Assembly: GCA_965222155.1 (NCBI GenBank)
Contig: CBDCTH010000012.1
Coordinates: 832,001 to 896,000 of the forward strand
From: Gammaproteobacteria bacterium
GTDB lineage: Bacteria > Pseudomonadota > Gammaproteobacteria > Eutrophobiales > Eutrophobiaceae
DNA: 64,000 nt
Direction: 5' to 3'
In this document: positions 9,855 through 18,416 of the stretch, in pieces
Layout: every line of letters begins with the position of its first letter
How positions within the stretch are numbered: position 1 is the first letter of the stretch
Translations under genes and position numbers: made by a program
The notes under the pieces: generated by a model
The model's database searches: none
Seen by the model: the letters and a program-made list of their open reading frames with translations, nothing else
What the model was told of the DNA's origin: nothing

Positions 9855-12155
9855 ATGATTAGAAACAAGATATTGACCCATATCCAATGTGGATGTTTAT
9901 TCCTGCTGTCCCTGGTAGCGGCGAACCCGGCGTGGGCGCAGGCTATTGAGGAGATTATCGTCACCGCAACCAAACGTGAAACAAGCCTGCAGGATACGGC
10001 CTTGTCAATAACGGCCGTCGGCGAATTTGAGTTGCAACGTATCGGCGCCGAAGGCATATTCGACTATGGCGCCAAAATTCCCAACCTGGGTTTCAGTTAT
10101 GAGGCCGATGGGCGTTTCAATGCCGGTTCGCCCGCTATTCGCGGTGTGGCCGGTGGCGGGGTGGTTGGTGCAACAGGCTTCTATATTGATGATATTCCGG
10201 TTCCCGAATACATGAATCCGCGTGTCTCAGACATCGCGCGAGTTGAAGTGTTACGCGGCCCGCAAGGCACGCTCTACGGCGCGCGTTCCATGGGGGGCAC
10301 GGTTCGTGTGATCACAAAACAGGCCAATCCTGAGGAATTTGACGGGTATGTGCATACGTCTGTTTCTGATGTAAAGGAAGGTGGCATTAATTATGCTTTT
10401 GACGGTGGGGTCAACATACCGGTTATTGCAGATACGCTGGCAGTGAGAGCCATGGCTTACTATGCGGCAAATTCAGGGGTGTTTGATCGGGTACACCTGT
10501 CCGGTTCACCCAGACCGGCATTTGCCGACCAGAACAATGTCGATGATGACAATTATTATGGTACAGCATTGGCATTATCCTGGCAGGTCACGGACCAACT
10601 CACCGTCAAACCCCGCTTCATGTACCAGCGCACTGATTCAGACAACCTCCCCCTGGCCGATATTGACCCGGGCAATTTCACTGTTGTGCGGGCCAATAAT
10701 ATTGAAGAGCCGGGTGATGATAAATGGTGGTTGGCAAGTGTCACTATCAACCTGGATACTGATATCGGCAGCATTGTTTCAACGACAGCAAAATATAAGC
10801 GGAAAGTGAACGAATTTGAAGATCAGACCGGCACCCTGGATGGTCTCGTGTTTGCGGGCAGTGGTTTGGCCGAACCCAACATTCCCGCTTTTGTATCTGA
10901 AAAGGAAGAAGACACTTCGTTTATTCATGAAACCCGGCTGATTGCTGATTTCGGTGATTTGTTCAGTGAACGGATTGCAGCCACTGTCGGTGTATTCTAT
11001 GAGGATCGCGAGCATATTCGGGAGTATCCACCGTCCTTTGCGCCGGGCATTAATGCGAAATTCACCAATGACCTGAATAACGCCTATGGGTTGGGGATTC
11101 CACTGCCCCCAGGCGCCCTGGGAACGGATGAAGTATTTGAAACCTTTGATGAAGTGGATTCGGAAGAAATAGCGCTTTTTGGAGAAATCACATTCAAACT
11201 CACGGACTGGTTACGTTTCACCGCCGGCGCCCGTTGGTCCGATGTTGATGTGAAATCGAGTTCAGTCTCCGGTGGATTCGTGAATGCGGGCCCTTCTGTG
11301 GTTGACGCAATGCAGTCAGAATCGAGTGTCAATCCAAAGTTTTTGCTGGAAGCCGATATGAGCGATGATATTTTGCTATATGGTTCAGCCTCGAAAGGAT
11401 TTCGTATCGGCGGCAACAACTTCAATGTGCCATTCTCGCCAGTGATTGGATGCCTGGCAGAATTGGAAACACTGGGAGTTAGCTCCAGGGCTGATGTGGA
11501 TTCCTTTGATTCCGATTCGATCTGGAGTTACGAATTGGGGACAAAAACATCCTGGCTTGATAATCGGCTGACTGTGAATATTGCCGGTTTTTTTATCGAC
11601 TGGTCAGACATCATACAAACCAATCGATTAGCCTGTGGTTTTCAGGTTGTGGCCAATGCGGGCGAAGCGGAGAGTAAAGGATTCGAAATTGAAGTCGAAG
11701 CCGTACCGGTCGATGGCTTGCATCTGTCTCTTGGTTTTGGCTATACGGATGCTGAGATTACCGAAGGGAATAATCCCATTTCAGGCCTGGATAAAGGTGA
11801 CCGCATCAATCAAGTGCCGGAAGTTACGTTGAACGCATCGGCTGAGTATACATTTCCATTATTCACGGATTGGGAAGGTTATGTCCGTGGTGATTTTTCA
11901 CACTACGGTGACAGCTTTAGCGCAAACAATAATGCCACAATGCCGCGTGTCAGAGACTCCTTCGAAATCCTGAATCTTCGACTTGGTGCGTTTCAGTCCG
12001 ACAGCTGGGATATTTCCCTGTTTGTCAGGAATGCCACCAACGAACACGCCAACCTGTCCGATAACCGATCCATCGCTGCGGAAAAACCGGGACGACCGCG
12101 TATCATCACGAACCGCCCGCGCAGTTTCGGCCTGGAAATCCGGAAAGACTTCTGA
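9855..12155 (+). CDS. TonB-dependent receptor
   Basis: Signal peptide, IEEIIVTATKRE TonB box, RVEVLRGPQGTLYG, C-terminal Phe. Confidence 0.95.
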   Translation: MIRNKILTHIQCGCLFLLSLVAANPAWAQAIEEIIVTATKRETSLQDTALSITAVGEFELQRIGAEGIFDYGAKIPNLGFSYEADGRFNAGSPAIRGVAGGGVVGATGFYIDDIPVPEYMNPRVSDIARVEVLRGPQGTLYGARSMGGTVRVITKQANPEEFDGYVHTSVSDVKEGGINYAFDGGVNIPVIADTLAVRAMAYYAANSGVFDRVHLSGSPRPAFADQNNVDDDNYYGTALALSWQVTDQLTVKPRFMYQRTDSDNLPLADIDPGNFTVVRANNIEEPGDDKWWLASVTINLDTDIGSIVSTTAKYKRKVNEFEDQTGTLDGLVFAGSGLAEPNIPAFVSEKEEDTSFIHETRLIADFGDLFSERIAATVGVFYEDREHIREYPPSFAPGINAKFTNDLNNAYGLGIPLPPGALGTDEVFETFDEVDSEEIALFGEITFKLTDWLRFTAGARWSDVDVKSSSVSGGFVNAGPSVVDAMQSESSVNPKFLLEADMSDDILLYGSASKGFRIGGNNFNVPFSPVIGCLAELETLGVSSRADVDSFDSDSIWSYELGTKTSWLDNRLTVNIAGFFIDWSDIIQTNRLACGFQVVANAGEAESKGFEIEVEAVPVDGLHLSLGFGYTDAEITEGNNPISGLDKGDRINQVPEVTLNASAEYTFPLFTDWEGYVRGDFSHYGDSFSANNNATMPRVRDSFEILNLRLGAFQSDSWDISLFVRNATNEHANLSDNRSIAAEKPGRPRIITNRPRSFGLEIRKDF

Positions 12156-12174
12156 TCTTTTCCGGGTCGTTGGT

Positions 12175-12213
12175 TCAGGTGAGGCATGATCCGCAACGTT
12201 ATGCCTCACCTGA
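12175..12213. terminator. Stem-loop after TonB receptor gene
   Basis: TCAGGTGAGGCATGA...TTATGCCTCACCTGA 15-bp stem; no clear U-tract. Confidence 0.5.
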
Positions 12214-12264
12214 CCGGTTATCAGGGTATAATTCTGCCCGCCTTACAACTTATCTTTCCCTTGT

Positions 12265-13065
12265 ATGAAAAAACGGCTCGAGTTACCTGACGGACTAACG
12301 CTTTCTTTCGTGGAATACGGCGCCGGCAAGCCGTTAATTTTTATCCCGGGCTGGACGTATACCGTGAAAGTCTTCGCAAGAAACCTGCCGGCCTTTGCCG
12401 AGCATTACCGGGTACTGGCTTATGACCCGCGCAGCCACGGTGATTCAAGTGTGACAGCCGGTGGCAACAATTTCAAACAGCATGGCGCCGACCTGCATGA
12501 ATTCATCACCCGCCTGGGGCTCGATGATTGCCTCATTGCTGGTTGGTCCTTCGGCGCTTGCACGGCGTATTCGTATTTTGAACAGTATGGCACCGCCAGG
12601 GTACGGGGATTTATCGGTATTGACGAGCCGCCGAAGATCAGGAAGGAAACCGCATCGGATTGGGGAGAGGGGAAAGAAGATGAGTTGCAGGCCAGCATGG
12701 AGATGTTGACAAATCATGGTCATTTGAAATTTTTTGAGGATTACCTGCACTATTGTTACGTCAATAAACCCGACCCGGCTTTTGTCCGGGACATGCTGAG
12801 TGAGGCCGCCAAAACACCGGAACCAATAGCCTTCGAACTGATTAAAACCAGTTTTGACCTGGACTACCGGGAGATAGCGCGCAGGATCGACAAAGAGATA
12901 CCGGTAATGCAGGTTGTACGCGAGGATTGGAGACAGGCAGCCGGAAAGTGGATCAGCGAGAATCAACCGAATGCAAGGGTTTATTACATGCCCGCCCATC
13001 TTTCTTTCCATGAGTTCGCACAGAACTTCAACACGCAGGCGCTTGATTTTTGCAACAGCTGTTAG
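12265..13065 (+). CDS. Alpha/beta hydrolase (non-heme chloroperoxidase-like)
   Basis: FIPGW, YDPRSHG, GWSFG nucleophile elbow, C-terminal His. Confidence 0.88.
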   Translation: MKKRLELPDGLTLSFVEYGAGKPLIFIPGWTYTVKVFARNLPAFAEHYRVLAYDPRSHGDSSVTAGGNNFKQHGADLHEFITRLGLDDCLIAGWSFGACTAYSYFEQYGTARVRGFIGIDEPPKIRKETASDWGEGKEDELQASMEMLTNHGHLKFFEDYLHYCYVNKPDPAFVRDMLSEAAKTPEPIAFELIKTSFDLDYREIARRIDKEIPVMQVVREDWRQAAGKWISENQPNARVYYMPAHLSFHEFAQNFNTQALDFCNSC

Positions 13066-13324
13066 CCCGGATTTCTCACCAGGTCGCTAGCTGCTATCGG
13101 ATATGGATATTTGGGGTCAGAGTAAAAATACTACAGTCAGTTTGGCAAGTGGTAGTGGCTTGTTGTTGAGTATTTTTACTCTGACCCCAAATATCCATGC
13201 TCATCGTCGCAGACGCCCGTACTGCATAAGGGGACGGATTTGAAATCCGTCCCCGGAGAGATGGAAGGCGCACATCAAAAATCCGGCGCGATCATCGCAT
13301 CACCTGGTGAGAAATCCGGGTTAA
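13062..13324. mobile_element. MITE-like element with ~21-bp terminal inverted repeats, containing nested REP-like palindromes
   Basis: TTAGCCCGGATTTCTCACCAGGT ... ACCTGGTGAGAAATCCGGGTTAA; internal perfect 30-bp IR (13103-13132/13169-13198) and a GGGGAC palindrome (13230-13254). Confidence 0.7.
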
Positions 13325-13425
13325 CGGCTGTGAGCGGGATGGAATTAATTCCGTTTCCTGCAGATAAAAAACAATATTCCTTATAATAGAATGGTAGCCT
13401 ATCCACTGGAAGATTAAGGTAAAAA

Positions 13426-15048
13426 ATGAATCTGGCGGAGCAATTACTCAAGGCTTTGAAAGGCTACGGAGTCAACGAGATTTTCGGTATCCCCGGCGAT
13501 TTCGCCTTGCCGCTGTTCAAGGTCATCGAAGAGACCGAAATCCTGCCGTTGTATACCCTGAGCCATGAACCCGCGGTGGGATTCGCCGCCGATGCCGCGG
13601 CGCGTTTTCATTCCAAACCGTCAGTGGCAGCGGTCACGTACGGGGCCGGCGCATTCAACATGGTGAACCCGGTCGCGGCGGCCTATGCGGAGAAATCCCC
13701 CGTCATCGTCATTTCCGGCGGGCCGGGGAGGGCGGACAAATCCACCGGCCTGCTGGTGCACCACCAGGCCAAGCAACTCCATTCCCAGATACAGGTATAC
13801 AAGGAGGTGACCTGTGACCAGGTGATCCTGGAGGACTTGGCGCAGGCGCCGGAACAGATCGCCCGAGTACTCAGAAACTGCATCGTCGAATCCCGCCCCG
13901 TGTATATTGAGGTGCCGAGGGACCAGGTGTTTGAGCCCTGCGACCCCGTGCCCATACTGCCGCTGACCAGCGATTGTGACGCCGATGCCCTGGATGCCTG
14001 CACCGATGAAATCATCAGCACCCTGGCGCAGGCCCGCTCCCCGGCGCTCCTGGTGGGGGTGGAAATACGCCGGTATGGTCTGGAGCAGGACGTTGCCCTG
14101 CTGAGCCGCAAACTGGATATCCCGGTTGCCACGACGTTCATGGGCAAGGGATTGCTGGCGGGACAGCCGGTGGATTTCAGAGGCACTTATATGGGGATAG
14201 CCGGCGAGCAGGCATTGACCGAACTGGTTGAGTCCTCCGATGGCCTGTTCCTGCTGGGCGTGTTGTTGTCCGATACCAATTTCGGCATCTCGGAGAAAAA
14301 GATAGACCTGAGGAAGACCGTCCTGGCCTGCGATGGTTCGGTATCCCTGGGCTTTCATATCTATCCGAACATACCTCTACAGGAACTGGTGCTGGCGCTG
14401 AACAGCAAGTTGCCGGACAAACCGCAACGTGACGTTACGGTGTTCGAGCATCCGAAAGGTCTTGAATTAACGGATACGCCTATCACCCCCACCGATATCG
14501 CCACCGCGGTCAATGACATGTTCCATCTTTATGGCGCGTTGCCCATCGCCGCGGACATGGGGGATTGCCTGTTCACGGCCATGGATATGGAATACACCGA
14601 ACTGGTGGCGCCGGGCTATTACGCCACCATGGGCTATGGCGTCCCCTCCGGCCTGGGCGTTCAGGCCGCAACGGGGCGCCGTCCGCTCATCCTGGTGGGT
14701 GACGGTGCATTTCAGATGACGGGTATTGAGTTGCTCAACTGCCGGCGTTACGGCTGGAACCCCATCGTCCTGGTATTTAACAACAGCAGTTGGGAAATGC
14801 TGCGGGCGTTTCAACCGGAATCCGCGTTCAACGACCTGGACAAACTGGATTATGCCGCCCTGGCAAACGCCATAGGCGGCCGCGGCCAGGCGGTTAAGAC
14901 GAAAAAAGAGTTACATGCCGCCCTGGACCGCGCCTTCGGGGATGAGTCCTGTTTTCAATTAATCGATATCAGTCTGGCGCGCGGTTTGATGTCCAACACA
15001 TTGACACGTTTTGTAGAGGGTATTAAAAAAATGAGAAAAACCAGGTAA
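13426..15048 (+). CDS. ipdC: Indolepyruvate/phenylpyruvate decarboxylase (ThDP-dependent)
   Basis: FGIPGDFALP, SHEPAVGFAADA, HHQ, DMGDCLF, GDGAFQMTG...NNSSWEML. Confidence 0.9.
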   Translation: MNLAEQLLKALKGYGVNEIFGIPGDFALPLFKVIEETEILPLYTLSHEPAVGFAADAAARFHSKPSVAAVTYGAGAFNMVNPVAAAYAEKSPVIVISGGPGRADKSTGLLVHHQAKQLHSQIQVYKEVTCDQVILEDLAQAPEQIARVLRNCIVESRPVYIEVPRDQVFEPCDPVPILPLTSDCDADALDACTDEIISTLAQARSPALLVGVEIRRYGLEQDVALLSRKLDIPVATTFMGKGLLAGQPVDFRGTYMGIAGEQALTELVESSDGLFLLGVLLSDTNFGISEKKIDLRKTVLACDGSVSLGFHIYPNIPLQELVLALNSKLPDKPQRDVTVFEHPKGLELTDTPITPTDIATAVNDMFHLYGALPIAADMGDCLFTAMDMEYTELVAPGYYATMGYGVPSGLGVQAATGRRPLILVGDGAFQMTGIELLNCRRYGWNPIVLVFNNSSWEMLRAFQPESAFNDLDKLDYAALANAIGGRGQAVKTKKELHAALDRAFGDESCFQLIDISLARGLMSNTLTRFVEGIKKMRKTR

Positions 15049-15098
15049 CACCGTAAGTAGTATAATCAAGTTCGTTGCCACCCTGATTAGAGGTCACC

Positions 15099-15527
15099 AT
15101 GAAAACCCAAGGCAGTTGTCTGTGCGGTAAAATTCGCTACGAAGTGAATAAAACATCCGATGACATTGATCATTGCCACTGTACGTTCTGCCAGACATTT
15201 CACGGCGCCGCATTCGGCACTTATATAGAGCCGGTAACCCCGGAAAATTTTGCCTGGCTTGAAGGCGAGGATCTGGTAGGCCGCTACCAGTCCGGTTCGC
15301 ACTCCGCCCGGCTGTTCTGCAGCATATGCGGCGCTGCCCTGGTCGCGGAGATTAACGGCGGCGAGGTACTGGCCGCGACTGCCGCCACTCTTGACGGGGA
15401 GGTTGAGGTCGGTGAGGCTGCGCACATGTTCTGGCAGTCAAAAGCAAGCTGGTGCGAGATTAACGACGACCTGCCGAAATACGACACCTATCCGCCCGGT
15501 ATGGATGAGTTCATGCCGACCGATTAA
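15099..15527 (+). CDS. GFA/CENP-V family Zn protein
   Basis: GSCLCG, CHCTFCQ, RLFCSICG. Confidence 0.9.
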   Translation: MKTQGSCLCGKIRYEVNKTSDDIDHCHCTFCQTFHGAAFGTYIEPVTPENFAWLEGEDLVGRYQSGSHSARLFCSICGAALVAEINGGEVLAATAATLDGEVEVGEAAHMFWQSKASWCEINDDLPKYDTYPPGMDEFMPTD

Positions 15528-15551
15528 CTCTTATATTCCGCCCATTTTATA

Positions 15552-16487
15552 GTGGTGGTTAAATTACTCTCCGTGCCTGCCGCAAGCAGGCTATCGTCAT
15601 TCTGGCGAATGCCAGAATCCAGTCGAAAACGGGGTCTATCCCTTATAGCGTTCGCCGTCAGCCTCGCCGTCGCATTCGGTGCTGGCGCGGACAATGAACA
15701 ACCGGCCAAATACGCCTTCAGCGCGATTGATGCGCCGACGGACGCTCCGCCCGCTCCGCTCGGCGGTTACGCCGCAGGGTGCCTGGCCGGGGCTGAGCGG
15801 CTAGCCGAAACTGGGCCGGGCTGGCAGGCGATGCGCCTGTCCCGCAACCGCAACTGGGGCCATCCGCAAATGATCGCATTCATAGAACGGCTATCCCGCG
15901 CGGCCCAGGGCGCAGGCTGGGCCGGACTTTACGTGGGCGACATCAGCCATCCCCGCGGCGGTCCGATGGTCTCCAGTCACCGCTCGCACCAGGTCGGACT
16001 GGACGCCGATATCTGGCTGCGCCCGCCGGACACAATGAAGCTGAGCGTAGCGGAACGGGAGAAGATCAACTCTCCCGCACTGGTCGCGGCGAACCGGCTG
16101 GAGGTGAACGGCGCCTGGACCGGCGCGCATTCCCAGGTCATCGAGGCGGCGGCGCGGGACGAAGCCGTCGCCCGCATCTTCGTGAATGCAGCGATCAAAC
16201 GCCGTCTGTGCGAGAGCAGGGAAGAGGAGGATGCCCAATGGCTGCGCAAGGTGCGGCCATGGTGGGGCCATGACTCCCATTTTCACGTCCGTCTGCATTG
16301 CCCGAATGCAGGCGCCTGCATCGACCAGGACCCGCCGCCTGAGGGCGACGGCTGTGATACCGAACTGGACTGGTGGTTCACCGACGAAGCGCTGTATCCA
16401 CCACCGCGCGCACCGGAGGATGAGCCGCCCGAACTTATGCTTGCTGATCTACCTGCAGCCTGTCAGGCGGTACTTGAGGCGGAGTGA
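15552..16487 (+). CDS. mepA: Penicillin-insensitive murein endopeptidase
   Basis: GYAAGCLAGA, RLSRNRNWGHP, HRSHQVGLDADIW, RPWWGHDSHFHVRL; start may be 15552/15555 or 15609. Confidence 0.9.
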   Translation: MVVKLLSVPAASRLSSFWRMPESSRKRGLSLIAFAVSLAVAFGAGADNEQPAKYAFSAIDAPTDAPPAPLGGYAAGCLAGAERLAETGPGWQAMRLSRNRNWGHPQMIAFIERLSRAAQGAGWAGLYVGDISHPRGGPMVSSHRSHQVGLDADIWLRPPDTMKLSVAEREKINSPALVAANRLEVNGAWTGAHSQVIEAAARDEAVARIFVNAAIKRRLCESREEEDAQWLRKVRPWWGHDSHFHVRLHCPNAGACIDQDPPPEGDGCDTELDWWFTDEALYPPPRAPEDEPPELMLADLPAACQAVLEAE

Positions 16488-16541
16488 ATGCGGATCGTCT
16501 CGCAGCAGTTTCCGGCCCTGCTCTTACCGCCCCCTTCTGAG

Positions 16542-16808
16542 CTACTCATAGTGAGTCCAAAGGCGTAATACTTTTACGACTTTTTTATCACTCAGAACCT
16601 GGTAAACCAGCCGCTGTTGAATATTTATTCTTCGGGAGAACGTTCCCGTCAAGTCTCCCACCAGTTTTTCGTAATGGAGCGGGGTTTGATATGGATTATT
16701 CTGAATAATCGTGAGTAGTTCTTCTGCCTTTTCCTTAAGACCGGCAGCGGCCAGTTTCCTGGCATCCTTTTTGGTTTGCCGGGTAAAATACAGTTCCCAC
16801 ACTACCAA
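16542..16808 (-). CDS. Txe/YoeB-family toxin
   Basis: YEKLVGDLTGTFSRRINIQQRLVYQV...LWTHYE. Confidence 0.9.
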   Translation of the reverse strand: MVVWELYFTRQTKKDARKLAAAGLKEKAEELLTIIQNNPYQTPLHYEKLVGDLTGTFSRRINIQQRLVYQVLSDKKVVKVLRLWTHYE

Positions 16809-17044
16809 TCAAGTTCCTGATCACACTCTTCAAGTCTGGCGTTCATCCCCTCAATGATGGACTCTCGCATACCAGGAATCGACACCAGGCAGAGGGTTTC
16901 ATTGATAGCATTCCAATCCTCCTCAGCGAGAAGTACCGCGTTGTTTCTTTTTCCGGTAATGACAATCGGTTTGTGAGTTTGTGATGCTTCATCAATCAGT
17001 TTATATAACCTGGAACGTGCTTCTGTTGCATTAAATGTGGTCAT
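16802..17044 (-). CDS. Phd/YefM-family antitoxin
   Basis: ATEARSRLYKLIDE...PIVITGKRNNAVL; overlaps the toxin start. Confidence 0.92.
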   Translation of the reverse strand: MTTFNATEARSRLYKLIDEASQTHKPIVITGKRNNAVLLAEEDWNAINETLCLVSIPGMRESIIEGMNARLEECDQELDW

Positions 17045-18273
17045 AGTACACCTCCGTTATAACGTAAGATGGTGCTGTCTGCGTAAATCCCGGTTTTGTC
17101 AGCGCTGGCAAACAGGCGTTCAACAAGTTCCTGGCTGGACAGTTGATCGCGAAACATCTGCTGTATCAGCGCCAGACTGCCGCTGATGTACGCGGTACTG
17201 GTTGATGTCCCGTGGCTGATGTAAATACTCTGGACAAATTCCCCGTTTTCAAGGCCACTGTAGAGGATGGGTATGCCGGACGTGGGTGCAGCGATACACC
17301 ACTCGGCAGCCTGGCCGCAGTGATTGGACAATTCTCCGATAGACCCGTCTTCACGGGTTGCTGCGGTGGCGATGTAGTGGCCTTTCAGTTCAGGCACGAA
17401 AACCGGCAAGGCGGCAGAAGATGACGGTTGGGGATAGGCGTCATTGCCTGTTCCCGTGACTATGATGATTTTGTCATCATGTCCTGTTTGTTTATACGCG
17501 TCTATTATGATTTGACGGATCGGGGCTGTATCAAGGGATTCATGCTCGTCAATCCTGTCTGTTGAACCTATGCTGACATTGAGTATTCGAATATCTTCAT
17601 CGCGGGCAATGCCCATGATTTCTGTTATGTGGCTATGGTATTGTTGCCTGCCGTTGATTCGTGGAGCGGTAAATGTGTGCAGGTGTGCACCATTAGCGTT
17701 TCCGTAGAAGTTCAGGAAATGATCGGTCACCTGTCCGTTGGCGAGACTACTGCCGGCGACACCGGTGCCGTGTGAAAATGAGTTGGTGTATAGGTCATCG
17801 GTATAGGTAGTGGATGATTCTTTGGTTGCGCCGCCAAAAAAATGTTCCGTGACGCTGGCATCGACCAGTCCGGGATGGGTTAAATCAATGCCGTCGTCAA
17901 TCATGCCGATTTTGACGCCGGCGCCCGGCCTCACTGAATCTCCGCGGATCAGGCGGATGTTGGACCAGGCGGCTGACAGTCCGGATTTATCGCCGTACCA
18001 GTGATTGCTGTAGACAGGATCATTTTCGTATTCTTCAATGAGCCGGATCTTTTTCTCATTGTATTGTTCCAGGGACAGGCAACCGTCTTCGGCTGTTTCG
18101 ACCTCGCAGGGGTGAGTTACGCTGTCTTCGGTCATATCCTCTACAGGTTCTTCTATCGGATCGGGTTGTGGCTCCGGATCGGGTTTGGGCGAGTTACAAG
18201 CTGATGTTATGAAAAGCAACACAGCGCTCGATAACGGTGTGAAGGCCATCGATGTTTGTGGTATCTGTTTCAT
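17041..18273 (-). CDS. S8 subtilisin-like serine protease, lipoprotein, probably C-terminally truncated
   Basis: Lipobox TSAC; catalytic IDDG, SHGT, GND, GTS motifs; ends abruptly, overlapping the antitoxin start. Confidence 0.8.
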   Translation of the reverse strand: MKQIPQTSMAFTPLSSAVLLFITSACNSPKPDPEPQPDPIEEPVEDMTEDSVTHPCEVETAEDGCLSLEQYNEKKIRLIEEYENDPVYSNHWYGDKSGLSAAWSNIRLIRGDSVRPGAGVKIGMIDDGIDLTHPGLVDASVTEHFFGGATKESSTTYTDDLYTNSFSHGTGVAGSSLANGQVTDHFLNFYGNANGAHLHTFTAPRINGRQQYHSHITEIMGIARDEDIRILNVSIGSTDRIDEHESLDTAPIRQIIIDAYKQTGHDDKIIIVTGTGNDAYPQPSSSAALPVFVPELKGHYIATAATREDGSIGELSNHCGQAAEWCIAAPTSGIPILYSGLENGEFVQSIYISHGTSTSTAYISGSLALIQQMFRDQLSSQELVERLFASADKTGIYADSTILRYNGGVL

Positions 18274-18416
18274 TTTGCTGTATCTCTCTGATAATGATCA
18301 GGTAGTCATGGTTTAACGAGGGAAGATACAGTGCGCCATAACGTTACTCTGTCACAGGTTTTGTATGGAATACAGAGTATTCCCGTAAATCCACTGCCGG
18401 ATTTTCATTGTCAGTT

